A stretch of DNA of 64,000 nt. Source: Azolla caroliniana (lineage: Eukaryota > Plantae > Polypodiophyta). Numbering within the stretch: position 1 is the first letter of the stretch; each line of letters starts with the position of its first letter. The notes beneath the pieces are model-generated. The model did not search any database and had not been told where the DNA came from. It saw only the letters and a list, made by a program, of their open reading frames with translations. Positions 21,301 through 33,294 of the stretch are shown here, piece after piece. A program made the position numbers and the translations under genes. Location of the stretch: contig JBHGNT010000036.1 of assembly GCA_043228905.1 (NCBI GenBank), positions 186,001-250,000 of the forward strand, read 5' to 3'.

Positions 21301-23757
21301 CCACACAAGGATACCTGGATGCACTTGTAACTTCTTCATAGCCTCATTCCCCTGCGCCACTTGTTGAACTTTGTCATAAGCTCATTCCACTGCACCAACC
21401 AAAGTCAGATATGATATCCAGGACAGCACTAGTCAACCCATACATATTAATTGTGCACTTCATGCTTGTAAACGATCTCCAAAATCATTTCACCACGTGC
21501 ATTAAGATCATGATCATGGAGCTTTAGCAAACCTAGAGCTTTTATTCTTGTTCAAATATGGATAATGTGAATTCACCCATATTTGTAATCACGATTTGTC
21601 TCACATGCCGATTTTGGCTTGTAGACATTAGTATATCTTTCTTTCAAATATCCGATATACTTATTGTGGAGGAAATTCTTTTGTATAGACCTAAATTCTA
21701 CATTTGTGACATATGAACAATGCTAATCATGCTATATTCTTCTTCACTTGGAGCCCTCATATGACGAGCATACATGAGAGGATTATTGCTGGAAAAACTG
21801 GAAAGCCAATTACACCAACTTCTTTTCAAGAATTGTTTAGAGATAATTGGAAGGCGTTAGATGCAGCTATAGAAACAGAGGAAGGGTCTCTCACCCATTT
21901 TGAGGTGAGCAATTTAACCTAGTCCTGAAACCTAAACGTTTCCTCATTAATGGTGAACTTTCCACACAGATCTTAACTGCATTGGCTTTCAAGTACTTTG
22001 CTGAAGTAGAAGTAGATATAGCTGTTGTCGAGGTTTGATTTGATATATACTTGAATATGTTGATTTCATAGCTTTTATTTTAGGCATAATATAAACACAT
22101 TTACTTCTTAATTTCAGGTAGGTTTAGGTGGGGTACGAGATGCAACCAATGTCATTTCACCTTGTGGACTTGCTGTTGCTGTTCTAACAAATATAGGGAA
22201 GGAACATTTAGCTGCCTTGGGTGGATCACTAGAGAGCATTGCCTTAGCGAAATCTGGGATAATAAAGGAAGGCCGTCCAGTATGAACTCCAAATAGTTTC
22301 TGTTCATCAGTCCTCAATTGGAAATGCATGAATTTATAGTCTTTTATTGACTAGGTTGTATTAGGTGGACCATTGGACTCACACCTTAAGGAGATATTGT
22401 TTGAAGTTGCTGCCTCCAAAAATGCTAGGATTGTCACTGCTTTTGGTGAAGGTATGAAGTATGCCATTGCTGATATCAAGTGGGAAAAAGATCGAGTTGT
22501 CCAACAATGCAGCATCTCTATCAATAATGATTTTAAGGTTTGGCTTTAGTATGTTTAATCATGCATCTATAGAAGGAAGCTTGCTTGCGTTTTGAATGAT
22601 ACATCTGTTATATTAAAAAAAAAATGTAGATTACCAGAGGATGACTTGACCATGTGTCAGTGCATATTGTTTATATCTCTATAACCTTAGAAGTGAAAGT
22701 ACAGTTTCTATTTCCTAATTGAGGTAACATGAAGTAATGGCATTTGTGTCTTCAGAAATTAGAAAACCAGTCACTTCAACTACAGATGTTGGGATGCCAC
22801 CAACTTGATAACGCTCTCACAGCCATCTGTGCAATACAATGCTTGCAAGAACAAGGTAAAACTTACATAAGAAATTAACGTTTCTCTCCGTTATTGTCAA
22901 ATCTTGGGCTGAATCGTTTTATTTACTGCATATATAACATTTTGGGCAGCAAAGTAACGTTCTGTCTGATTTTTGGCTAGGGTGGATGGTGCAAGACAAA
23001 GCAATCTGGGCTGGCTTGGAACAGACATGTGTTGCAGGCAGATTTCAAGTGATATCAAAAGCAGACTCTCTAAAGCTGCTCGGAGATCAGGAGCACTTGG
23101 CATTGGTTCTTGATGGAGGTGAATTTATTGCTGCATTTGTCACTACTTTTGGTATAATGATTTGCTAAGATTCTATTTCAATATGCAGCACATACAGAGA
23201 GCTCTGCAGCAATGCTAGAAAGAACACTAAGGATGGTTTTCATATCTGAACCAGTGGCACTTATCGTTGCAATGGCTTCAGATAAAGATTCCTACAATTT
23301 CTGCACACGACTCCTTCCAGGTCTGTACTCTAGTTTATTCAGGGAACTTATCCAGGTATATGTATATCTTTAGGTTTAATGTGTTGTCTAAGCATGGAAG
23401 GGAATGTATGTAACAGGAAGTTTGGCAAAGGTGGTGGTGACCACTGAAACCTCAATTTCTGGGGATGTTCACCGTTCCATGTCAGCCTCTGTCCTGATGG
23501 AAACATGGTATCGTGTGGCCAAAGAGTACAATCTCAATGCATATCGGTATGATGATCCTCAAAAGGCTGTCAATGAAGCTCAAAAGAACACATCTTGCAT
23601 TGTCATAACAAAGGCAGATTCTGTGATCAATGCACTTAAGAGTGCCACTCTATTACTTTCTTCAACATACAAGAAAGGTGTAATATGTGTCACTGGTTCT
23701 TTGCACGCAGTGGCAGCAGTTCTTCCTCTGATACAGGATGAAACCAACCATACATAG
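18344..23757 (+). CDS. DHFS: Dihydrofolate synthetase (FolC/FPGS family, DHFS/GLA1-type), 11 exons, about 562 aa, probable organellar transit peptide
   Basis: Exons 18344-18371, 18528-18820, 18896-18993, 21754-21904, 21970-22032, 22118-22279, 22355-22537, 22756-22855, 22981-23118, 23189-23320 and 23417-23757 join in frame with GT-AG introns; motifs [57 protein letters not shown]. The start exon is inferred. Confidence 0.93.
19034..21645. mobile_element. Degraded RTEX-like LINE fragments in DHFS intron 3, in both orientations
   Basis: Minus strand: [11 protein letters not shown] (about 19100-19160) and [15 protein letters not shown] (about 19930-20010). Plus strand: [18 protein letters not shown] (about 20840-20925), with a 3' end and TTTC tail at about 21600-21645. 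Confidence 0.8.
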
Positions 23758-25599
23758 AAGAAACTGGAAGACTCTTTGATTTGGAGAAGTTCAGAGAATT
23801 ATGCAACCAGTGTTTCCCCCATTTTGCAAGAGTTTAATATATATGATGCTTTGATTGGTGAGAAATTATGCTCATGTGTTCTGGAACAAGGCAGCCTACC
23901 ATCAATATATTGTATCTCATGATAAACTGTTTTTTAGTCAAATGTCTAAAACTGGTGAATGACATTCTAACGGAGGTGTTCCAAGGTTGTAAGATAATTC
24001 ACAAATAGACATTTCCTGAAAATCAGTTTATCATGAGATATAATATATTGATGGTAGGCATTGCCTGATCATAAGAATGCTCAGTGACAGGGGAATGTCA
24101 CAGCAAATAATTGAATTATTAGGGCAAATAAAATTTGGGGTGCTGCCATCATAGCTTTTATTGGTAATCACATTTATGTCTCGGCCAATTTGAGGAACAT
24201 GAAATTTATAGTCCTTAATAAATCTCAAGTTTAATATATCCAAGCTGTTTTGAGAGATTTTTAAGCTCAATCCATATAGTTCAAAAGATCCAAACTATTA
24301 GTCATAGTTTTGGTTCAAACCAAATTAGTGGCCATTGTAACATCAATTTTCAAGAAAGGGTTAAACTTTAATGAATTGTTAGGGTTCAAAGTTAAATCAT
24401 GATAATGTATATTAAATAATTCATATATGTAATCAATATTTCAAGTGTTCCCCAAAACTGTCAACCAGTAATTTGACACCAAATAAACCACAAATAACTA
24501 AGCCAAATAAACCACAAATAAAGGCTCAAACTAAACTAATCCAAACCTCGGAAACCCCTGAGTCAAATTCAAGTTAACAAATCTTTAAACTTGAACCAAA
24601 TTGAGTTTATGCTCCTAAACCCATCCAAGGTTTGACAATCTGATTCAGGTCAAAGTGAATTATTGAGCATTCTTGTTCGTTTGTAAAGGAGTTTTGGTAG
24701 CTTGTAAGTATGTCCATTATGCACTTTTTAACCTAGTCCTTAGCCATTGGCTATGATTGAACCACATTGGAAAGTTGAATTTCCATCTAAAAACACCTCA
24801 TAGATCTCTATCTTTAATCTAGGTGTTTAAATTCATTGTTGACAACATCCATGATAGTAACTCTCCATATCAATGTCATATTTATGATGTACCAAGACTA
24901 ACATTCAAGCCTCTTGATGTGCCAAATCTATAAATCACATCACCTCACCCTCTTAGTATATAACGTTTCAAAATTTCCACAAAATTTCTTCATTGTCATT
25001 GTGAAATCATAGAACCATCAAGTTTACAGAAAACTTGGTTTCAAGTGAAAAATGTTCACCGTACACCTGGAAGCAAAAGGAAATTGGCATTAGTGGATGT
25101 TTGGAGCATATCTCCTTCCAATTACATCCAAATAAATCACCCTCGATATTTCTTTATTTGCTATTATGCTTCTACCCTAATGTAGCACTAAGTAGAAAGT
25201 AGGAAGGTTTACTTGCATCAGCATGTGTGAGTAGTACGTGAAATCGATGGAGAAAAGAACTCTTCCACAAATGATAGAAGTGGGTTGTGGTGCTAGTTGA
25301 GATTAGTGATGTCTCAAGCTTCCACTACTTCCTGTCCCTTGTGCCCTCTTTGAATGATCTCTTTCTCCCTCTTTGTTTTTTTCTTAGTCCCTATTTTGTT
25401 TTTCATGATATTGTATTTTTTCCGTTTGTTTTCAGCCAAAAAAGGGTTTTTGTTTCCTTATTTGTTTAGTGACTAGTCTACCCCTTGATAGTGGCATCTC
25501 AACAATAAGTAAAAAGTAGTGCAACAATTACACAAATAGCCCCTACCCTTTTACTATCATCGCATTTTAGTTGTGTGTTCCACTTGAGGGTAAAACCCC

Positions 25600-26232
25600 C
25601 CCACACAACTGGCATTACACAATAGGAGGAGGCCCCCCACATAATGAAGACACTTACACAACACATTGGCCACTCTTCAACATTGGGTGGTGTGGCCCTC
25701 CACACACCCTTGTCACGGATCGGATGGTCGCAGCTGACAGATACCACCACATGCACAACATCTCAAAGGGAGGCCACAAATGACGCAATAAGTACATACA
25801 TGACTTAAAAAAAGTCAGGGCAAGGCAGCTAGCTATCTATATATAGCCCCTTCAATACGTAGTTAGAAAAGAAGAGGAGAACGGAAGGGAAGCAATGCAT
25901 ACATACATATATGTATTATGATATATGATATACTACGTAAAATTCGTGTTCGTCTAGCATAACATTCGTTATTCAAACATTCGTGTGTGTGTGTGTTTTT
26001 TCCCCTTTTTTAAAGTGTTTTTTTTTTTGTCTTTTTTCCTTATTTTAGGTTTATTTACCTCATAATAAATAGTTTATCCAAAAAGAATGGTATTTACCAT
26101 ACTTTGAGGTGTTTACCATACTCGAATGATTGAAGCATAAACATGATCAATCGGTCTTCTTCCTGCCTGCTGCTACAGTAGTAATAGCAGAACTCCTGGC
26201 GAGAGGAAGAAAGATGATAAGAAGGCAGTAGC

Positions 26233-26267
<35 letters not shown>

Positions 26268-26612
26268 GCTATGGAGAGTAGAACAGTGTTGGCGACTGAG
26301 CTGAGGTGCCAACAGACATTTGTGCTGATCTAAATGATGAATTTACAACTGCCCACAGATGGATCCTTCCGAGTGATGGAGCCCAGGCCATTGAAAACAT
26401 TTGGTGGAACCTACACATTGATAGGCAGTAGCAAAACACACTGTACACACACAAGTATGGAGAGTAGCACAGTGTTGGCGACTGAGCTGAGGTGCCAACA
26501 GAAATTTGTGCTGATCTAAATGATGAATTTACAACTGCCCACAGATGGCTCCTTCTGAGTGATGGAGCCCAGGCCATTGAAAACATTTTCCGGAACCTAC
26601 ACATTGATAGGC
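25600..26612 (+). repeat. Upstream module, copy 2 (5' of the PPR gene), with an internal tandem duplication (about 26223-26422 and 26423-26612)
   Basis: Same blocks as 17390-17975; the 3' 190-200 bp occurs twice. Confidence 0.85.
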
Positions 26613-27278
26613 TTGGACGCTTGAGAGTGTAACGAGCGTCTGCATGTTTAAGCTCGAGTGTTGATATAAAAAGAGGTAACTGGGGCCTACGATGTCTTCG
26701 AACTGGACCTTCTGCGTGGATTCAAAAACTCATATCAACACTAGATAACAATGATGACAGCGGGATGGTGCAAGATAAAGTTTGGAAGTATTGTTAATCT
26801 GTTTGGATAGTGAAGGAATTATGATGACTTCGTGAAAATTATGAACATTTTTTGCCAAAAGAAACGTGTATGCATAACTCTCCAACCAAGTGGCTGAGTA
26901 GATCTGTTTGTTTGTTTGCATTTTGTTACTTCATTGTAGATTTTGTCCACCTTTTCCACAGGGGGCATTCCATCATTTTACATGGTGTACAGGATACAAT
27001 TGATTGCTAATGGTGATCTCCAAAGAAGCCACCATCTTATGGAACGAGCTCTTCCAACATCCCTCAAATTTTTGGGAAAATCAACAGAACAAGGTGAAAC
27101 ACACTTATTCATCTCTGATAAATTTAGGAAGTCCTGTATATATGTACCCACACACACACATACACATGTATTCAATTCAAATCTTGAAATCTCTGATGAT
27201 TTTGGAGGCCCTGTATATATGTGTGTATATGTATGTATTCAATTCAAACCTTGATTGGTGCCATTACAGAAAAGCTGC

Positions 27279-30200
27279 ATGTATCCAGACTTCATTCACG
27301 AGGAAACAGGGAAAGCTTTATGGATACAGCGATGTTACAATCCACCTTGCATCAGAGAGAAATTAAAAGGACTCCTCTTGCTTGATGCAAAGGTTGTTGA
27401 GAATGAAGTGCCAAAAGTGAAGATTCATGACAGAAGTAGGGTTTGGAATCTGAAGCGTTGCCAGAAAGAGAAAAACATATGGAAAGCACGAAGGATTCAT
27501 GCCAATCTTCTTGAGGAGAACATGATCGCAAAAAATGATCGTATTGCTACCACTCTGATTACTACATATGCTAAGTGTGGTGCGTTAGAGGAAGCACGGA
27601 TAGCGTTCGAGAAGGTTCTAGTACATGATGTTGTATCTTGGAGTGCGCTCATTGCTGGATATGCCCAAAATGGGCTTGGCAATGAAGCGTTGGAATGTTT
27701 TACTCATATGCAAAAATCAGGAATTCGTCCGAATGATGTGACATACATTTGCATTTTGAAAGCTTGTGGTATTGTTGGGTCATTATGGATTGGGGAAGAA
27801 ATAGAAGTTGAAATTAGAAATCAAGGGTTATTGGAGAAAAATATTGTGCTTGGCACTGCCTTGGTGGATATGTATTCCAAGTGTTGTGCAATGGAGAGAG
27901 CACAAGACGTGTTTGAAAAGCTTCCAATGTGGGATATCGTGACTTGGAATGCCCTTATTGCTGGATATGCCCGAAATGGGTTTGGTGATGCAACAATGAG
28001 ATGCTTCAGACAAATGGAAAGTGCAGGCATACGTCCTGATGCAGTTACTTACACTTGCATTTTGAAAGCTTGTGGCATCTCGAGGTCTCTTGAGATCGGG
28101 GAATATATAGATGCCGAGGCCAGAAAGCAAGGGTTATTACAAAAAGACAATATGTTGGGTACTGCATTGATGAATATGTATTCCATGTGTGGTGCATTGG
28201 AGAAAGCACGAGAAGTGTTTGAGCAGCTTCCGGTGTGGGATGTTGTGTCTTGGAGTTCCATGATCGCTGGATATGCCCAAAATGGGCATGGTGGTCAAGC
28301 ATTGAAATGCTACAGAAGAATGAAAGATGCAGGAGCCCCTCCAAATGCAATAACTTATATTTCCATTTTGAAAGCATGTGGCATGGTGGGGTCTCTAGAA
28401 ATTGGGGAAGATATACATTCCGAGCTTAGAAAGAAAGGGTTATTGCAGAACGACATTGTACTTGGTAATGCATTAATGGACATGTATTTCAAGTGTGGTG
28501 CTGTGGAGAAAGCACAAGAAGTGTTTAAACAACTTCCATACCAGAATATTGTGTCTTGGAGTACTCTGATGGCTGGATATGTCCAAAACGAACTTGCCTA
28601 TGAAGCTTTAGAATCCTTCAGACAAATGAAAAATACGGGAATCCATCCTGATGTGATAACTTATGCTTGCATTTTGAAAGCTTGTGGCATCGTGGGGTCT
28701 TCAGAGATTGGAGAAGTTATAGATTCTGAAGTAAGAAAAAACGGGCTATTGCAGAAAGATTTTGTGCTAGGAAATGCATTGGTGGACATGTATTCCAAGT
28801 GTGGTTCACTAAAGAAGGCACAAGAAGTTTTTGAGCAGCTTCCAGTACGAGATGTGGTATCTTGGAACACCATGATTACTGGATATTCCCAAAATGGAAT
28901 GGGTGATGTAGCATTGAAATGCTTTCATAAAATGAGAAATGAGGGAATCTCGCCAAATGGGGTGACTTACGTTTGCATTTTGAAAGTTTGTGGCATTTTA
29001 GGATCTATAGAGATTGGGGAAAATATCAATGTTGAGATCAGAAAGAAAGGATTATTGCAGAAAGATGTCATTCTCAACAATGCATTAATGCACATGTATT
29101 TTAAGTGTGGTCAGTCAGAGAAAGCGCGAGAGGTGTTTGAACAGCTTACAATCCGGGATATTGTATCTTGGAACTCCTTGATCACTGGGTATGTACTTAA
29201 TGGGCTTGGCGATGAAGCACTGAGCTGCTTCAGACAGATAAAAAATGAAGAAATCTGCCCTGATGTGGTAACTTATGCTTGTGTTCTGAAAGCTTGTGCC
29301 ATTGTGGGATCTCTGGAGATCGGTGCAGATATAGAAGGCCAGGTCAGAAGACAAGGTTTTTTGGAAAAGAATGTCATGGTAAGCAATGCGTTGATAAGCA
29401 TGTATTCTAAGTGTGGAATGTTACAGAAAGCACAACAAGTGTTTGAGCAAATTCCTGTACAAGATGTTGTATCTTGGAATGCAATTATAACTGGACATGT
29501 CCAAAATGGGTTGACAAATGAAGCATTGAAATGTTTCTTTCAGATGGAAAGTGAGGGAGTATTGGCTGATGAAGTAACTTATATCTGCATTCTGAAAGCT
29601 TGTTGTACTGTGGAGTCTCTAGAGATTGGTCAAACTATAGATGCCAAAGTTAGAGAGCAAGGCTTATTGGAGAAAAATGTCATTCTTGGAAATGCATTGG
29701 TGTGGATGTATTCAGAGTGTGGTGCACCAGAGGCAGCACGAGATGTTTTTGAAAGCCTTCCATTACGGGATACAGTGTCTTGGAATGCATTGGTTGCTGG
29801 ACATATCCAAAATGGGCTCTGTGATGAAGCATTAAAATTCTTTCTTTCCATGCAAAATGAGGGAGTGTGTCCAGATGTAGTAACTTATATCTGCGTTTTG
29901 AAAACTTGTGGAATCATTGCATCTCTAGAAATTGGGGAATTCATAGATGCCAAGATCAGGACACAAGGGTTGTTAGCTGAGGACGTTGTGCTTGCCAATG
30001 CATTGGTTCACATGTATTCTGAGTGTGGTACAATAGAGAAAGCACGGGATGTGTTTGAAATGATTCCAGTGCGGGATGTGGTGTCTTGGAATGCACTGCT
30101 CACTGGATATACTCACAATGGCCTAGGTCATGTGGCATTAGAATGCTTCAGAGAAATGCAAAATGAGGGAGTCTGTCCAAATGTGGTAACTTATGTCTGC

Positions 30201-30893
30201 ATTTTGAAAGCTTGTGGCATTGTTGGGTCTCTAGATACTGGGGAAGTTATAGATGCGGAGGTCAGAAAACAGGGGTTATTAAATAATGATGTGGTTCTTG
30301 GAAATGCATTGGTGAATATGTATGCCAAATGTGGCATGCTGAAGAAAGCGCAAGAAGTGTTCAAAGAACTTCCAGAACGAAATGTTGTGTCCTGGATTGC
30401 TCTGATTGCTGGGTATGGTCAGTCAGGTCATGCTAATCTAATTTTGGACATTTATAACAGAATGAGGACTGAAGATGTTGTGCCAAATTTGGCTACTTTC
30501 AATGTCTTGCTGAATGCATGTAGTCATGCTGGTCTATTGGAAGAGGGAGAAAAGTTCTTTGATGAAATGTATGCTGTCTATTGTCTCACTCCACAAATAG
30601 AACACTATACTTGTATGATCGATCTATTTGGACGTGCAGGATGCCTTGACAAAGTGAAAATCTTGCTTGACAAGGTTCCTCATTCTGACCATCTTCCATT
30701 TTTTCGGAGTATATTGGGTTCTTGTCGAAAATGGAGGAATGTGAAGCTTGGAAGATGGGCATTTGAGCAGTTGATATGGTTGGATGAAAAGTGTGCTGCT
30801 GCATATGTCGGCATGAGAAATATATATGCAACAGGTGGAATGCAAACTGAGGCAGATAGAAGTGACCCTTTGAGAGAGAAGAATAAAGCTTAG
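27279..30893 (+). CDS. Intronless PLS-class pentatricopeptide repeat protein with E1/E2 extension and no DYW domain (candidate organellar RNA-editing specificity factor)
   Basis: About 1200-aa ORF with ten P-L-S triplets of about 102 aa (DVVSWN..., VTY.CILKAC..., NALV.MY.KCG), then EHYTCMIDLFGRAG and LGSCRKWRNVKLGRWAFE. The true N-terminus is uncertain. Confidence 0.93.
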   Translation: MYPDFIHEETGKALWIQRCYNPPCIREKLKGLLLLDAKVVENEVPKVKIHDRSRVWNLKRCQKEKNIWKARRIHANLLEENMIAKNDRIATTLITTYAKCGALEEARIAFEKVLVHDVVSWSALIAGYAQNGLGNEALECFTHMQKSGIRPNDVTYICILKACGIVGSLWIGEEIEVEIRNQGLLEKNIVLGTALVDMYSKCCAMERAQDVFEKLPMWDIVTWNALIAGYARNGFGDATMRCFRQMESAGIRPDAVTYTCILKACGISRSLEIGEYIDAEARKQGLLQKDNMLGTALMNMYSMCGALEKAREVFEQLPVWDVVSWSSMIAGYAQNGHGGQALKCYRRMKDAGAPPNAITYISILKACGMVGSLEIGEDIHSELRKKGLLQNDIVLGNALMDMYFKCGAVEKAQEVFKQLPYQNIVSWSTLMAGYVQNELAYEALESFRQMKNTGIHPDVITYACILKACGIVGSSEIGEVIDSEVRKNGLLQKDFVLGNALVDMYSKCGSLKKAQEVFEQLPVRDVVSWNTMITGYSQNGMGDVALKCFHKMRNEGISPNGVTYVCILKVCGILGSIEIGENINVEIRKKGLLQKDVILNNALMHMYFKCGQSEKAREVFEQLTIRDIVSWNSLITGYVLNGLGDEALSCFRQIKNEEICPDVVTYACVLKACAIVGSLEIGADIEGQVRRQGFLEKNVMVSNALISMYSKCGMLQKAQQVFEQIPVQDVVSWNAIITGHVQNGLTNEALKCFFQMESEGVLADEVTYICILKACCTVESLEIGQTIDAKVREQGLLEKNVILGNALVWMYSECGAPEAARDVFESLPLRDTVSWNALVAGHIQNGLCDEALKFFLSMQNEGVCPDVVTYICVLKTCGIIASLEIGEFIDAKIRTQGLLAEDVVLANALVHMYSECGTIEKARDVFEMIPVRDVVSWNALLTGYTHNGLGHVALECFREMQNEGVCPNVVTYVCILKACGIVGSLDTGEVIDAEVRKQGLLNNDVVLGNALVNMYAKCGMLKKAQEVFKELPERNVVSWIALIAGYGQSGHANLILDIYNRMRTEDVVPNLATFNVLLNACSHAGLLEEGEKFFDEMYAVYCLTPQIEHYTCMIDLFGRAGCLDKVKILLDKVPHSDHLPFFRSILGSCRKWRNVKLGRWAFEQLIWLDEKCAAAYVGMRNIYATGGMQTEADRSDPLREKNKA

Positions 30894-31025
30894 AATATAT
30901 GAAGAGGGATGGATGCCACTCAATAATAGGATGTATATCCTATGGAAAGCAGGGGCCCATCAGAAATTAACACATCAAGGGTATTGCCAGATTTTCGAGA
31001 TCGACTTAACGTCTGACAATAGCAA

Positions 31026-31149
31026 GCCGCTATCTACTGTACATTTCCTGGTTAATATACTCGAAGTTATGCTCGCTCGAGTTACATGCCGCTATCTACT
31101 GTACATTTCCTGGTTAATATACTCGAGGTTATGCTCGCACAAGTTACAT
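31026..31149. repeat. 62-bp tandem duplication downstream of the PPR stop
   Basis: GCCGCTATCTACTGTACATTTCCTGGTTAATATACTCGA... occurs twice. Confidence 0.85.
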
Positions 31150-32512
31150 GGATTTGTGGTGACTGCCATTCTCCACCTCTCTATCTATAGGCCATTTCGG
31201 CCTCTTAAAAGATATTGATATATTTTTTAAAAGAGTCGCTCAGAACCCAGGTACTGAGTATAAGCAAACAGAGATTCTTTTAGAAGACACACTCAATACA
31301 ACCGATAAACTTTTACATATCCCTTTTTATATAACAAAATGGTTACTGTTTTGGGGATAGGAAAATGAATATTATTTATGGTGACAACCTTCTATTTAAT
31401 TGTGAGTTTGTAAGTCCTGTCCCTTTAGACATCACATTTCTAACATTACATTTGAATCAAAAGAATGTTTATTTATTTAATTAATTTAGCATATCATAAG
31501 AAAAATCTTTGCTTCTTCCTTGCCATGAATCTTTCAATGCTGCTAGACAATCTATTATTGGGATCTTGATATTGATTAAGTTGAGTGTAATTGGTTTTTT
31601 CAATCCAGATTCATAAACTTTATGGCAAGGATGGTTGCATGATATGGCTAGGACCCTTAAGATCCAGAGTCAAAATCCCTAAAAGATCTATGTTACTTTG
31701 AATTAAGATACAAGTGGCCACTTTGACTTGCGTTAATTGCTTATTGTTATTGTGACAATTACAATAGTTACTATATGGGAAGTTTCTTGTTTCCCCTTTG
31801 TTTTTGGGAATTGTTTTTATAAGAACGTTAGATAACGTCAAAGCTCACTTAGGGGAATAATGATCTTAAACAAGTGAGTACCAAGTGCCAAACCAATTCC
31901 ATAGAGCAATAGATTGTGCATCCATGGGCCATAAGTTGAGGAACTCAAAACTGATGATGAGAGAATTGAGAAGATAGTTAGGTGGAATAATGATTAAGGA
32001 CCACACTTATAAATTTTATAACCAATTGCATGAAAAAGGAACCCATTGACATTTCACAAACACAACATCGAATGTTTAGAGGAAAAAGGTCACCAAATTA
32101 CAAGGATCAATTTTGTTAGTCCTCATCATAATTTTTATGCCCAACGATTTAAACTATCCTAAAAAGCACAAAATCTAAACCCCAGAAAAAGCTTGGCCTA
32201 GGGAGCAACAGTTTGGGTCTCCCCTTATGAAGTGTACGATATTTCCTCAAGATGTTTCTAATCCTTTCCTGGGCGAAGAGGAAACTTGGATGGAACTCAG
32301 ACATCTAAAGAAGATGACGAAATCATGCGGACACAAAACTGCTAGAGAGCAAAAGAAGAGGGATAAGAAGGTGAAGCCGAGAAGTATTATTTGAAGAATG
32401 CGTCTCTCTTCTTCATGTAGCCAGAATTCGAAGCCATTTCTAATACTCACATATTATGTGTGTGTGAAACCTCAAAATCGATTCCCACACACATACTTTT
32501 TATTATTATCGT

Positions 32513-32585
32513 AGTTACCTTACCCTAATGGTAAGTTGTTAGCACTACAAGCACTACGTTGTGGGTTCGAAACCCAACTTCCTCA
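32513..32585 (+). ncRNA. tRNA-like sequence (A and B boxes), degenerate
   Basis: TACCCTAATGGTAAG (A-box-like) and TGGGTTCGAAACCCA (B box in a T-arm) at tRNA spacing. Confidence 0.55.
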
Positions 32586-32635
32586 CCTCTTTATTATATA
32601 CTTCTTATATATCTCTTAATTCACTAGATGCCACT

Positions 32636-32707
32636 GTGGAATGTAGGGGTTGAACCCATGACCACCTGGTCTCCATTGGGCAACCTTACCAATTGAGCTA
32701 CATCCAT
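32636..32707 (-). ncRNA. tRNA-Ala-like sequence, convergent with the previous one
   Basis: Minus strand GGATGTAGCTCAATTGGTAAG...GGGTTCAACCCCTACATTCCA; ends resemble plant tRNA-Ala; anticodon arm degenerate. Confidence 0.6.
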
Positions 32708-32756
32708 CTGGGCTCTCTCTCTCTCTCCTTTTTTCTCACCTCCTTTTCCACGCGTG

Positions 32757-32820
<64 letters not shown>

Positions 32821-33294
32821 ACGGCTCTCTCTGTCGCTGTCGTCGTTGTCGCCGCTGTCGCCGTCACCGTCGCCGTCGTCTGCAGCCGTTGTCTGCAGCC
32901 GCTGCAACCGTCGCCGTCTGCTCTCTCTCTCTCTCTCGCTCGCTTCCTCGTCTCTCTCTGTCACCGGCTAGTGTCGTCGCCGTCGCCGTCGCCGTCGCTG
33001 CCGTTATCTGCGGCCGTCGCCGTCTGCCACCGTGCAGTCGTCCACCGTCAGCTGCCGCCGTCTGCCGTCGGCTGCCGTCGTCTACCGTCGTTTGACGACT
33101 GCCACCGTCACGGGGTGTTTTCTTCTCCGTTCTTGATGTGGTGAAGTACCTTTTTCTCGACGAGTTCGTGGGTGGGTTCTTTTGGTGTGCTCGTCCCGTG
33201 CTACAAAATGCCGATGTGATTGCGACACACACACAAACTCGGCTAAGTCTCGAACCCATTTATTTTACCTTCTTTTTTTCTTATTGACACCACA

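Noticed and set aside
27550-30500. Regular repeats of about 306 bp as a CRISPR-like or satellite array
   Set aside because: Fully explained by coding P-L-S PPR triplets.
32754-33259. Low-complexity ORFs in the LINE 5' region
   Set aside because: Translation of (CT)n and (CGT/CGC)n repeats.
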